The notes: generated by a model from the letters alone, not told the origin. 63,938 nt of DNA, filler included, from Octopus bimaculoides (GCF_001194135.2; 6 parts of 6 records of this genome joined end to end with filler, not necessarily neighbours in it), one strand, 5' to 3'; positions 1 to 13,292 are shown, numbered from the whole stretch's first letter. A program made the numbers and translations.

Positions 1-7
<7 letters not shown>

Positions 8-76
<69 letters not shown>
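8..76. repeat. (GA)n/(GATA)n microsatellite
   Basis: Directly visible perfect GA and GATA arrays. Confidence 0.95.
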
Positions 77-78
<2 letters not shown>

Positions 79-204
79 GTGATTGATATACAAGTAATGA
101 GAGAAAGAGAGGAGAGAGGAGAAAGAGGTAGAGTAAAGTAAAGTGAGACATACATATATATTTACGTAATTGCATGTGTATATGTGTGTATATGAATAAA
201 TATA

Positions 205-237
<33 letters not shown>

Positions 238-680
238 AAAGACACACACACATATGTATGCATATATATATGTGTGTGTATTCACGTATATATATATATT
301 TATCTATATATATAAAGACATAGATATGTTTGTGTATGTATATAAATATATATATATGTATATAAATATAGAGAGAGAGGGAGAGAGAGGGCGAGAGAGA
401 GAGAGAGAGACATTCCTGTATATTTCCATATTATATTATCCAACAAATGTACATTATTTTGCCAGTCTATATTACTTCAGCAAATACCGAATGAAGAATA
501 TATTTTGTATAACACATCTCACAATAAACTTAACATGAATTCTAAATTCTTTTACCAAATTTGCAATATATCAATTATAAGACTTCACTAACATTTATTT
601 CAATTATCAAATTCTAGTTTTCCCAAAGTTAGAAGAAAATTCATTTGACTGGTTTTTTCTTTCATTTTTTATGTATACAC

Positions 681-720
<40 letters not shown>

Positions 721-772
721 GTGTTTGTGTGTGTGTGTGTGTGTACATAGATATACATACAGTGGTATGGAT

Positions 773-831
<59 letters not shown>

Positions 832-989
832 TGGTTTGCTTACCACAGAAGGAAAAATTGAATTATGCATTTTTGTCTTTTTTCTATTTTTATTTATTTA
901 TTTTTCACCTGCTATGCGCCATGTTTTTAGCTTTTTCCTGCTCTTCTCCTTTCTGTTCACTAATTTCTTTTTTATCTTTTTCGTTGCCG

Positions 990-1138
<149 letters not shown>

Positions 1139-2556
1139 TTTCTGCGGAGTACATCGGACGTGTTTTCGAACGTTCCATATATGTAAAAGGTTGAAGAGGA
1201 ACACACGAGTAGATATATATGGAAAAAAGTAGAAAATGCTAAAATACTTTTATAAAGAATATTACAGAACCGGTTTCGATCCTTGAGATCTTTTCAACAG
1301 TAAATATGAATAATAGATTTTAGAAAAATTATTGAAAAATTAAATTTTGGTAAATTTAAAAGAAAAGTCTTTTTAAAGACATATTTGTATAGTATTCATT
1401 TGTATATTATGTCCATCAACAGGTCAATGTCAGGACACCCAACCAATTAACACTGCTACTATCATAGCACTCCTTCTTCGAACCCACAAGAGTTAACAAG
1501 TGAAACAGAGACAGGCAGAAACAAGAAAAATGCCGCTGTTACTTGAATAGAAGTAATATTGCAATAAATGCATCGATGACGTTATAGAGTTTCATGTTTG
1601 GGTTCAGGTAACAAGTGAGTTAAAATGTTGGACCCTGCTAAGATCAAAATTGATTTATAACCAGTAAATAACCATTTACGTTTCGTCAGCTAGAAAGTAT
1701 CGTTGCAATATGATGTTTTAGCTGTTTAGTTGTAGATTTAGGTCAGAAGCCAGTTCATATACGAGATCGTAAAATCCGTAAGTGTGAATATATTTTGTTC
1801 GTTATTGAGTTTCGTAACAAGAGAAGCGTTATTTCTAAACCGTGAAAAGTGTATGACAGTAATGGAAAGAAACCTCTTCACAGTGCTAACACTGACACCA
1901 TAAGGTTAGATTTGCCAAGGCATGTGCTAACCAATAAAATATTTAAGAATATAAACGTATGTAAGTGCTCAGAATTAATAGCGAAAGTATAAGAATGAGC
2001 CAAAATAGTGCGTAAAAATCAGGAGACCCATTTGAAATGCCTGACCGTCTGAGCCTGTTACTTTGTATGCCTAATACCCAACTCTGACCTTCTAAAAACC
2101 GACGATATATAACTGTCACAGGCATTAGAATAAAGGACACTTCCTCATTTTTGGCAGCCCGCATCGCAAACAATGATTACATAAAAACTTCTACCTTATT
2201 TCGTCATTATCCTGCATTTGATAATCAAACAAAACGAATAAAAAAAGCGCCTTAATATAAAATTCAAATTATATTTTTAAATCAAATTATAATTTACAGA
2301 GAATTCACTCGGAAAATATGTCGTAATAAATTCGTTGATAATCAGCAAGAAAATATTATTTCGTGAATATGGTTATCCATGTGTATAAAAATCTTTAACT
2401 GTTGTCACGTTCTTCCTTATTACGTATTTTATGGTAATCTTCATTGGTTCATCGATTTTGTTTCGTTTTGAAATGTGGAGTAATAATGAAGTGAAATGAC
2501 AGTTTCTATTCAGTTGCACGTTATAATAAATCGTTATTTGCACTACGAGCAAGCAG

Positions 2557-3061
2557 CGATGACTTGTATAATTAGTCTTAATACGTTCCAGCAGATTTCA
2601 ACACAAATATGTTAATCGCTGTTGTGTACGTCACGTTAGAACAACTTCTTTGTTTTACAATGACAATGTGTTCATAACAAAATGGACTCGTTGGTGCAAG
2701 GGACTCTCTGCCGGAACGTACTAAGAACAAATATGCAAACCATTGCTTTAGATCTCGCTGTTTACAGTGTAAATAATTTATTATCGGTTGTCAGATATCA
2801 GCATTAATCAGTAAACGGTTTATTTGCTGAAATTATAAACAAAGCTATAGGCTCAAAAGTCCGGGTTGTTTCTGGCGGAAAAGGCAAAACATGTCGAAAC
2901 ACCGGTGTTCCAAACTCTTTTGCACCACAATGAACCGAGGTTGTTGTGAACGCATTATTGTCATAAAAAGAAATTGTTTTTCAGTGACGTACACTACAGT
3001 GATTAGCATATTTGCGTTCGATTTTGCCGGAACGTATTAAGAATAAATGTGCAAGTCATCG
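2557..3061. mobile_element. MITE/fold-back-like element with ~150-bp imperfect inverted arms
   Basis: 2557-2705 (cgatgacttgtataattagtcttaatacgttccagca...) is the reverse complement of 2914-3061 (...tgccggaacgtattaagaataaatgtgcaagtcatcg). A third copy of the terminal motif lies at 2709-2746. Confidence 0.65.
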
Positions 3062-3224
3062 TAAGTTACAATGTTATGACTATAATGAAACTCCGAAAAT
3101 TCGCAGGGAAACATTTAGTTCAGTAATAGGAGGGTTCTCATGGCAGTGGCTCTCATGGCTTTTGATCTTTACTAACTGGATGAATTATCATATACATTAT
3201 TCTGTCTTGGTATAAAGATAGCCT

Positions 3225-3674
3225 ACAACAAATATTCTGCTCAATACCACAGATTTGCTTGTCAGTTGTTTGACCTTAACCAGTTGAGCATGTCCCTTAG
3301 TGGCTGACAATATGTGTATCTCTGATCACGAGCAGAAGTCGTGGGGAGCATCATAGCCATGTGTTGGGAGGGATTCTTTGGGGTTTGGATAATTCACCTC
3401 TGGAAACATGGGTGTTCCATTGAACAGCCTTAAACAAACGTTATTCAGGGACTTTTTGAGCGGGATGGGCTACTCAACCTGAGGAAAATACTAATTGGGA
3501 CCCCACCCGTATGGTCATGCGCTGAGATTCTGTCGAGCATATATGGTTGTGACGCATGTGCTTGATGTACCCTTATCAGACGGGTAGTCATGATGGGTAT
3601 AATGGGCTTCGAATCTCAGTGTCACTTTGATGGCATGCCCTGCTCTCTCACTTAGTAATAATAATAATAATAAC

Positions 3675-3710
<36 letters not shown>
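3225..3710 (+). mobile_element. Interspersed retroposon (SINE-like) ending in an (AAT)n tail
   Basis: GC-richer block ending gcatgccctgctctctcact followed by (AAT)n. The same 3' motif plus (AAT)n recurs at ~42129-42195. Confidence 0.55.
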
Positions 3711-3712
<2 letters not shown>

Positions 3713-5179
3713 GGAATGATGTTGATGATGATAACGACGATGGTGACGACAACAACAGCTGTGATGATGATGATGAGGAGGAGGAGGAGGAGGATGAGGA
3801 GNNNNNNNNNNGAAGTAGAAGAAGAAGAAGAAGAAGAAGAAGAAGAAGAAGAAGAAGAAGAGTGTTCCTAATTAATAATTATTATCATGATTATCATATA
3901 TACAGATATATAAAATCTTCTGCTTGTATATTCAAATATTTGAGTACGTATATATATATATAGAGAGAAAGAGAGATAGATAGATAGAAAGATAGATATA
4001 TGTAGATGTAGATATGTACATACTTATATACATATATGCATACACACATATATGTCTACATACACACAAACATGCATATGCATATAAAATTAATATAAAC
4101 AGCTAGGCACAATATAATACCATAAAGGAACAAGTCAATCGTCCTAATTATATGTAAAACTTATATATATATATATATATATATANNNNNNNNNNNNNNN
4201 NNNNNNNNNNNNNNNNNNNNNNNNNNNNNNNNNNNNNNNNNNNNNNNNNNNNNNNNNNNNNNNNNNNNNNNNNNNNNNNNNNNNNNNNNNNNNNNNNNNN
4301 NNNNNNNNNNNNNNNNNNNNNNNNNNNNNNNNNNNNNNNNNNNNNNNNNNNNNNNNNNNNNNNNNNNNNNNNNNNNNNNNNNNNNNNNNNNNNNNNNNNN
4401 NNNNNNNNNNNNNNNNNNNNNNNNNNNNNNNNNNNNNNNNNNNNNNNNNNNNNNNNNNNNNNNNNNNNNNNNNNNNNNNNNNNNNNNNNNNNNNNNNNNN
4501 NNNNNNNNNNNNNNNNNNNNNNNNNNNNNNNNNNNNNNNNNNNNNNNNNNNNNNNNNNNNNNNNNNNNNNNNNNNNNNNNNNNNNNNNNNNNNNNNNNNN
4601 NNNNNNNNNNNNNNNNNNNNNNNNNNNNNNNNNNNNNNNNNNNNNNNNNNNNNNNNNNNNNNNNNNNNNNNNNNNNNNNNNNNNNNNNNNNNNNNNNNNN
4701 NNNNNNNNNNNNNNNNNNNNNNNNNNNNNNNNNNNNNNNNNNNNNNNNNNNNNNNNNNNNNNNNNNNNNNNNNNNNNNNNNNNNNNNNNNNNNNNNNNNN
4801 NNNNNNNNNNNNNNNNNNNNNNNNNNNNNNNNNNNNNNNNNNNNNNNNNNNNNNNNNNNNNNNNNNNNNNNNNNNNNNNNNNNNNNNNNNNNNNNNNNNN
4901 NNNNNNNNNNNNNNNNNNNNNNNNNNNNNNNNNNNNNNNNNNNNNNNNNNNNNNNNNNNNNNNNNNNNNNNNNNNNNNNNNNNNNNNNNNNNNNNNNNNN
5001 NNNNNNNNNNNNNNNNNNNNNNNNNNNNNNNNNNNNNNNNNNNNNNNNNNNNNNNNNNNNNNNNNNNNNNNNNNNNNNNNNNNNNNNNNNNNNNNNNNNN
5101 NNNNNNNNNNNNNNNNNNNNNNNNNNNNNNNNNNNNNNNNNNNNNNNNNNNNNNNNNNNTGTGTGTGTGTGTGTGTGTG

Positions 5180-5342
5180 TCCACCATCGCTTGACAACCG
5201 ATATTGATGTGTTTACGTCCCGATGTTGATGTGTCGGCCCGAGGCTATAGCAGAAGACACTTACCCAAGGTGTCACGCAGTGGGACTGAACCCGGGACCT
5301 TGTAGTTGGTAACCAGGCTACTTACCACACAGCCACTCCTGC
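5180..5342. mobile_element. SINE family A: plus-strand internal piece fused to a minus-strand tRNA-like head
   Basis: 5180-5222 matches the post-microsatellite part of the copies at 23470 and 63285. 5233-5342 is the reverse complement of the family A head (ggagtggctgtgtggtaag...gggttcagtccc). Confidence 0.75.
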
Positions 5343-5503
5343 CGGTGTTATTATTATTGTTGTTGTTGTTGTTTCTGCTGCTGCTGTTGCTGCTGCTGCT
5401 ACTGCTATTGTTGTTGTGTGCATATATGTAGATAGACAGACAAACAACCAAGCAGAAATGCACACAGACAGCCGGACGGGTATATATATATATATTTACA
5501 TAC

Positions 5504-5543
<40 letters not shown>

Positions 5544-6209
5544 AGCTTTTTCGATATATAATGCTGCTCAAACAGCATAATTAGTGTTTTTCTGTATTTC
5601 CAAGCTTTCAATTAATTATTATGAGTCCTAAATCATTGATTGCTGTTAGTAGAAGCGAAATAGCTAAGAATAGGAAAAAAAATTGTCTATCTACATATAT
5701 GCACACAACAACAATAGCAGTAGCAGCAGCAGCAACAGCAGCAGAAGAAACAACAACAACAACAGTAATAATAACAAGTATGGAAATTGTGCTAAACTGA
5801 TGCTAAAATAGTCTGCGCCTGATCTAAAGGTGAATAATACGTGTATAATATTCCGGGCACGATGACGTTTTTGAAGAACGAGGTCAAAGTATTGCTTCAC
5901 ATTGAATTTCAATATCACAAGAAGCTATGCAAAGACTAAACTGAAATTGTTTTTTAATGTGAATCAAAAATTGCAACCGAAATCACACGGCTATGGAAAC
6001 GAAGTTTGTCTATTTGCAGGAACACTGCTTCCAGCAAAGCAGATAACAGTAAGAGGAAAGTGGAACTAAAGTGAAAAACCTATCGTAACGCTTTAAGGGA
6101 AATTTAATGGCTCGACAGATTTTGGAAACTAACTGGAATCTATAATATTAGAATGATAGGGAAAAGTGTTAATGGGGAATATAGCACGGCAGCCAAACTG
6201 ACAATAGTT

Positions 6210-6375
6210 TACGTCCACGTGAATTAGCAGTTCGGCAAATAGATATCAATAAAATATGTACCAAGCTTTAAATAAGTACTGAGGTCGATGATTTGTTCGA
6301 GTAAAAACCCTTCAAGGCAGTACCTCAGCATGGTCGTAGTCCAATGATTGAAACAAGTGAAACATAAGAGATAAA
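6210..6375 (+). mobile_element. SINE family A, 3' half
   Basis: agcagttcggcaaa...ataagtactgaggtcgat...cagcatggtcgtagtccaatgattgaaacaag, homologous to 63325-63485. Confidence 0.75.
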
Positions 6376-6439
6376 TCGTACAGCAACCATATAGAGAGTA
6401 ACCAGGCCGACAGCTGAATTTAAAAGGAAACGAATGCAC

Positions 6440-6835
6440 CGTTTCGTCAATCTTTATGTTCTGAGTTCAAATTCCACTAAGATCGACTTTGCCTTTCATC
6501 CTTTCGGGGTCGATAACTTAAATACCAGTTGAATACTGGGGTTGATGTAATGAACTTAGTCCCTCCTCTGAAATTGCTGACCTTGTGCCAAAATTTGAAA
6601 CGAACATTTCTAATTAGGCGGTGAGCTGACAAGGTAGTTTGCACACCGGTCAAAACGCTTAGCAGCATTTATTCCGTCTTTATGTTCTGAGTTCAAATTC
6701 CGCCCAGGTCGACTTTGCCTTTCATCCTTTTCGGGGTCGATAAAATAAATACCTGTTGAGAACCGGTGTCGATGTAATTGCCTGGTCTCCTCCTTCGAAT
6801 TTGCTGGCGGCCTTGTGCCAAAATTTGAAGGCAAT
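6440..6835 (+). mobile_element. Two tandem copies of tRNA-derived SINE family C
   Basis: Each has a B-box-like gagttcaaattcc, the core gactttgcctttcatcctttcggggtcgataa, and the tail ccttgtgccaaaatttgaa. The second copy keeps the head aggcggtgagctg (6615). Confidence 0.85.
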
Positions 6836-7454
6836 GTTTATAATAAATGCGTTGTCTGGGAGCACGAAGGTCCTAATAATCCTCACTTGCTCGGAGAAAA
6901 AAAGAAAGAAAATTTAAACCCGAGTTCAAAGTGGTCAGTCATTATTTAACCTTTTGTATAGGACAAAATACTGCTGAGGTTTTAATGTAAAAATCCATTT
7001 TGCGCTATCAATCAAAACTCCACGTTCTTTAAAGCATCCCATATCAATTTATTTAATATCTTGTGGAAATGCTTGTTTCGAAACGGTTGAGTTTTTTAAG
7101 ATCGTTTCAAAAATTGTTTCTTTGTCGAAGGATTTTGTAAGTTTATAAATTTAGATTCTGAAATTTAATTAAATATGAACAATGCTCGATGTCACTCAAG
7201 TGCACCTGGTGATTTTTAATTAGCAAGTATGATGTGAATGTTGTGTTATGGTTGCTTAATACAAATGGAAGAGATTATAAAAGTTCTGGTTATACTTACA
7301 GTTAAAAAGAAGCGAAAGTAATGAGAGACGTGAGAGAAGAAGAATTAGAAACCATACCGAATTTACAATATCAGGTTTATTGTAGATAGATTGTGGGGTG
7401 TCCATACGTGTTCCAGAAATGTTTGAAACTACAGACAAACGTTAATATTGTTAG

Positions 7455-7670
7455 TGAGCTGATAGAATCTTTACTTCGTCGGACAAGTGCCTAGCGGCAA
7501 TACTTTCGACATTTTATGTTTTGAGTTCAAATCTCAACGTTGCTTTTCATTCTTTTGGGGTCGAAAAATAAAGTACCAGTCAAGTACTAGGGTTGATGAA
7601 TTCGACTTCGCTTCCCTCCATACACATACATCTCAAAATTTCTGACCTTGTGCCAAAATTAGAAGGAGTT
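7455..7670 (+). mobile_element. SINE family C copy
   Basis: Same head, core and tail motifs as 6615-6835. Confidence 0.8.
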
Positions 7671-7744
7671 ATTCGAAAAAATATAATTGTAATATTGTGT
7701 CTGTGAAACAATTATCAAATGTGTTATGTTATAATATATTATAT

Positions 7745-7925
7745 TGGTTTCAAATTTTGGCAGAAAACCAACAGGTTCAAGGAGGGGATAGGTCGATTAC
7801 ATTGACCCAGTACTGGTACTTATCTTATCGACCCCGAAAGAATGAAAAGCAAACTGTCCTCGGTGGAATTTGAACTCAGAACGACGAAATACTGCTAAGG
7901 ATTTTGCCCGGCGCAATAACGATTC
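7745..7925 (-). mobile_element. SINE family C copy, inverted relative to 7455-7670
   Basis: Reverse-complement motifs tcgaccccgaaagaatgaaa and ggaatttgaactcagaac. Confidence 0.8.
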
Positions 7926-10119
7926 TAAGAATAAGTTTTCTGGCTTTCATTGAGGAATAACATAAACTAACTAATTAATGAATGATTTTTCTCTGGATAT
8001 TTATATATCTCATAAAATGTCTCAAAGAGAAGACAAAGTAATAAGAGCGGTAAGAGGAAAATAAATAGAAATGCTACCGAGTTTACAATATCTGTCTATA
8101 TCGTAGGCTTATGTCGTTAGATTGTAATACATTGGAACATTTTCCAGTAACATCTGCAGTAAAAGACATGTGTCAACTTTTTTTAGAAAAAAATGAAGCA
8201 TTATACCAGAGAAATGGATACCAAATATGTTATATAATATATGTCATATACAAAGAATAACAGCTATCTGGGGTTTGTCCGGTATTCCTTGAGGAATAAT
8301 ATAAGCAAATTAATAATCACTGTTAAATGCCTGTAGGTATGTCTCTTACCAAATTTATTAAATTTATTAAAGATACGGAAAAGAAATAAAAAACAACGAG
8401 GAAAAGAAATTGAAACGATATCGAAATTTTGTTGTCTGTTTATATTGCAGGCTTAGGTAGTTAGACTCTGTACTATTGAGACATGTTGCAGAAATGGTTG
8501 CAGCTAAAGACAAGAGTTAAAGAATAATAGAAAAAGAAAGTAACTGAAACATAACAGAGGAATGAATACCAAATAATATGTTATGCTACATTGTAATATA
8601 ATATATTATACAAAGAATAACAGTTGTCTGGCTTTTGTCCGGTACTCATTGAGGAATAACGTAAACAAACTGATTACTGAATGATTTCTGTTTAATGCCT
8701 GTGGGTATGTATATTTGTGTGATAAAAACCCACACGTTAGAAAACGACATTACATCGAAGATAAATGTTATGAACAATGCAATGTTTTCGTCTCAAAATA
8801 ATTCTCAGTGCGCTGGTTGTTATTGAGAAATCGTGTGTTCATCATCTCTGTTTTACTCTAATTCCTGTTTCATTGCTTTAGTTGTTGTTATAGTGAGTGT
8901 GTTATAGTGATGGCTGTTATAGTGTGTTCGTTGTTGCGGTGGAGGTGGTAGTGGTAGTGGTGACTTCTGCCGTTGTAGCTGTTGGTGTTGTGAGTATTAA
9001 TATTGTTCACTTTGTTGATGTTGTTGTTGGGAGGATGCTCTTGTGTGAATTGTTTCTCTGTTTCGGTAGTTACTGACGTGTTCATTCCGAATGTTGCGAT
9101 TGTCATTGATGTTTTTGTTGCTGAGGTTGCATTCGTTTATATATATATATATATATATATAACGAAATGATCATAGGTCATTTTCATTGTTATTATTATT
9201 ATAATAAAGTATTTTCAATGGATCAGTTTTGAGCTCTCTTTAAAGTCGATATATATATATATATATATANNNNNNNNNNNNNNNNNNNNNNNNNNNNNNN
9301 NNNNNNNNNNNNNNNNNNNNNNNNNNNNNNNNNNNNNNNNNNNNNNNNNNNNNNNNNNNNNNNNNNNNNNNNNNNNNNNNNNNNNNNNNNNNNNNNNNNN
9401 NNNNNNNNNNNNNNNNNNNNNNNNNNNNNNNNNNNNNNNNNNNNNNNNNNNNNNNNNNNNNNNNNNNNNNNNNNNNNNNNNNNNATATATATATATATAT
9501 ATATACAAGCGGTCGAAATGTCGAGTAACATTGCCCAGGACCTTATGGTAAAGTTACTCGACAAGGTGCGTAGTTCGGAGATCAGAGACTCTCTCCAGGT
9601 CTAGCAGCATCTTTTCTGCATTGTGAGCTCACAACTCCGGTATTAAGAACACGTGATGGGAAAGTCGAAGGAAGGAATCGCAAGACGGATTCTTCAAGCC
9701 GAGTCAAGTAACAAAAGACATAATTTTAAACTGAAAAAATATCTCTAGCAACGAAACCGTGGAAGAGACGTTTAATACCCGATAAAAATGTTAAAATTCA
9801 CTTGAAGCTTTTCTGTTTTTTCATGAGTTGTCAGAACTTGTTCCGTGGTCAGGTTTCAGGTGTACGATAAAAATTTTGATACCTCATAAAATAAATTTAA
9901 GTTTGAAGTGAATTTAATAGCGATGTGTACCATTTAACGACTATTTCAGAATATTTCTGAATATAGCTGCTTCAGTCACATCACACAATCAGAAACTATG
10001 ATGAGGTTGCTATTTATTTCAATTTCTTGAAAAGAAAAATAAATGAAAAGTGATGTGTGTATGTGTATATGTGTGTGTATGTGAGTGTGTGTGTCTGTGT
10101 CCGTGTGTGTATGTATCTT

Positions 10120-10305
10120 AGTGTCTATGTTTGTCCCCATTTCACCGCTTGAAAACTGGTGTGGGTTTGTTTACGTCCTTCTAACTTAGTTGTTCGGCAA
10201 AAACAGGAATGCCTAAGTGCTGAGGTCAATGTGTTCCCTTAAAACCGCTTTCAAGAGGATGCTCCAGCATGGTCGTAGTTCAATGAGAAAAAGAAGTAAA
10301 TAACA
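10120..10305 (+). mobile_element. SINE family A, 3' half
   Basis: tttgtcccc...gtttacgtcc...ttcggcaaaa...atgctccagcatggtcgtagt following a (TG)n tract. Confidence 0.75.
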
Positions 10306-10366
10306 AAGAAGACATAGACATAGTTTTATCTATTAATCCTTCTCCTCCATCTATGGGTAGGTAGGT

Positions 10367-10401
<35 letters not shown>

Positions 10402-10455
10402 AAGAGAGATAGATAGATAAATCGGTAGGTAGATAGACAGAGAGAGAGGGAGGGG

Positions 10456-10518
<63 letters not shown>

Positions 10519-10535
10519 CAGACAGACAAACAGAG

Positions 10536-10634
<99 letters not shown>

Positions 10635-11234
10635 TAGATAGAGAGAGAGAGATAAATAGATAAATCGGTAGATAGATAGATAGATANNNNNNNNNNNNNN
10701 NNNNNNNNNNNNNNNNNNNNNNNNNNNNNNNNNNNNNNNNNNNNNNNNNNNNNNNNNNNNNNNNNNNNNNNNNNNNNNNNNNNNNNNNNNNNNNNNNNNN
10801 NNNNNNNNNNNNNNNNNNNNNNNNNNNNNNNNNNNNNNNNNNNNNNNNNNNNNNNNNNNNNNNNNNNNNNNNNNNNNNNNNNNNNNNNNNNNNNNNNNNN
10901 NNNNNNNNNNNNNNNNNNNNNNNNNNNNNNNNNNNNNNNNNNNNNNNNNNNNNNNNNNNNNNNNNNNNNNNNNNNNNCCGTGGAAAGAAAAGCCTATGGA
11001 AAAGACCATGGTAACCTCAGGCACGGAGGGGGAAATATAGAGCAAAGTGCTCTCTTTCTCTCTCTTTTTTTTTTCGATTTACAGAATCATGCTCAAAGTG
11101 GTTTCGTCATTCGTGCGTTCCATTATGTTCCTTCATTTGTTTGTAGAACTGTTTAATTAGTTGTGCATATGGCGGTGTGGGTAGCAGTGCTGGTTTTTTC
11201 TCATTTTTTTTTTGTTTTCTTGTAGTTGTTGTTG

Positions 11235-12182
11235 TTATTTGTGATCCTGTTGCTGTCGTTGTTGTTGCTGTTGTTGCTGTTTCCGTGCTAGTGGGTAATT
11301 GATCTTCAGGTGTAATTTGCTACCACAAACATAGCAACGTGGCTTTCTGCTTTCGACGGTCACATGCAAATTCGAATCGTCTGTCAGTTTGATTTGATGT
11401 GGAATTTTTTCGAAATTCATCGGCTCAATTTGAGCAAGAATTTCAACTCCTTAACCAATTCAATTTTGCAGGTCCAGGACAGCGATTTCCAGGATATGGA
11501 TTTCCTCCTCGATGTCGTAACAAATGGCAGACACAAGCCATTTTATTTCTATCTCAGAGGGGCACATATTTTTAATTTTTAATTTTGTGACCCTACGACC
11601 AAAATATGTAGGGATCATCACTAAGTTTTCGCATTCAAAGGACTTTGTGGAGGGGTCCTTGACTCTTTCTTCACTGTCGAATCTAACTTCGATCGTGGCA
11701 AATCTGTTTCCCCTCGTGATGTAGCCTTTAAAGGCCCATATGAGCCTTAAGCATTTTTCTACTTTTTCTTGAGTGGCCGTTTCGTATAGCTTTGTTTTTA
11801 GGTTGAGTGTCTTGAAAATAATTGGGGTATTTTGCGATTTTTTCTGTGATGTTTTGTGGTGTCTGTATTTGTATGGTGTGTTCGTCTTTTTAAACATTGC
11901 CTTGCAGGCAAGCAGTTCTTCCTTCGAAAAGGACATGATTTTTTCTTTTAGCTTTAAAGCTGCAGCAAAATTGTTTTGTGTATTCGTGTTGGTTGTGGTG
12001 GTGATGGTGGTAGTGGTGATGGCAGTGGTGGAAGCAGTGTTTATAGTAGTAAACGTATTTGCTTCTTTGTTTGTATCTTCTAAAGCCTGTGTGCGTTCAA
12101 GCGGAACGGCTTTGTTTTCAGCTTCCTTCACCTCTGGCTTTGGTAGAGGCGGGAAGTCGGCTTCCTGGTTTGGCTTAGCCAT
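11235..12182 (-). pseudogene. Frameshifted gag-like ORF1 of a non-LTR retrotransposon (L1/Tx1-like)
   Basis: A 240-aa ORF (11460-12182) is followed in another frame by VTVESRKPRCYVCGSKLHLKINYP, a degenerate CX2CX4HX4C knuckle preceded by the 'V..RKP.C' context seen in L1/Tx1 ORF1s. No ORF2 follows before the gap. Confidence 0.6.
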
Positions 12183-12353
12183 TTTCGTTCAGAAACAGAG
12201 ACCGACAGACAGACAGACATATAGATGGACAGTTGCATGGCTTGATGGATGAAATGATAAATAGATAAATAATGTCTTTATTTTTCTATCAAGGATAAAC
12301 AATGCTGGTTAGAAGAAATAAGACAAATCGATTGTTTGTATTTTTACCATGTA

Positions 12354-12790
12354 TCAGGTTGGTGCAAAAGTAATGTCCGATTTAAGTATCTAAGGTAAAA
12401 ATGAATAAACCAATGACTATGGAAATATTTATTCGTTAACATATTTTCCATTGCTTTCAATGACCTCATTCCATCTTTCAACAACCTTATGAGAGCCTCG
12501 CTTGCAAAATTCTGTAGGTTTAGAACCAAAATATGAATCCAAATCATTTTCAATCTCTTCTCTTGTTGTTAACCTAAGTCCAGCAAAATGGTTCTGTAGT
12601 CCTCGCAACAAATGGCAATCAGAAGGAGTAAGGTTAGGAGAATATGTATACATATGAGCGTGTATGTGTGTGTATTGGAATATATGCGGAAGTATATGCG
12701 CCATGTTTTCTGGCCGCTCTGGCACCCTCGCATCAGTTTCATATTTCTCAATTTTACTAAATGGAGTACTTTGTAATTTGGCTCCATCTC
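12354..12790 (-). mobile_element. Internally deleted mariner (DD34D type) fragment with one TIR
   Basis: TA|TCAGGTTGGTGCAAAAGTAAT is a Hsmar1/cecropia-like TIR at 12352-12375. ORF 12429-12725 encodes YSPNLTPSDCHLLRGLQNH...VERWNEVIESNGKYV, the mariner C-terminus. Confidence 0.85.
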
Positions 12791-13043
12791 AATTTACCAA
12801 ACAAATTAGATTTGTTTTAATTACCAAAAAATTAATTGAGAGTTATTAAATTTCATCAAAAAGTGTCTGATTGGTTTTTGCCTATGTGTGTGTGCCTGTG
12901 CAAGTGAGTGTTCGTGTGTGCGTGCATATATATGTACTTGTGTAGAGAGAAACCAAATACCCAGTTGAATTGCTGCTGTACACGTGACATATTTACAATG
13001 ACTATACCTACATATAGATATACAGAGAAGACACACATAGATC

Positions 13044-13094
<51 letters not shown>

Positions 13095-13182
13095 GTTATA
13101 TGCACGTATGTCTATATCTATATATATATATATATATANNNNNNNNNNNNNNNNNNNNNNNNNNNNNNNNNNNNNNNNNNNN

Positions 13183-13194
13183 TTAATTAATTAA
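13183..13194. other. Assembly spacer TTAATTAATTAA inside an N gap; also at 31432, 56477, 58419 and 60885
   Basis: Identical 12-mer with stops in all six frames, centred in ~100-nt N runs five times. Confidence 0.9.
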
Positions 13195-13292
13195 NNNNNN
13201 NNNNNNNNNNNNNNNNNNNNNNNNNNNNNNNNNNNNNNTATATATATATATATGTATATATTTGTATGTATAAATATATCTATACATATATA

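Larger units (their letters stand above)
7255..8710 (+). repeat. Degenerate local tandem duplication of ~130-350-bp segments
   Basis: 7316-7440 resembles 8035-8166. 8197-8342 resembles 8548-8710. The tggctttcattgaggaataac motif occurs three times (7940, 8275, 8628). Confidence 0.65.

Noticed and set aside
9520-9562. Hairpin gtcgagtaac...gttactcgac
   Set aside because: Only a 10-bp perfect stem, plausible by chance, with no supporting context.
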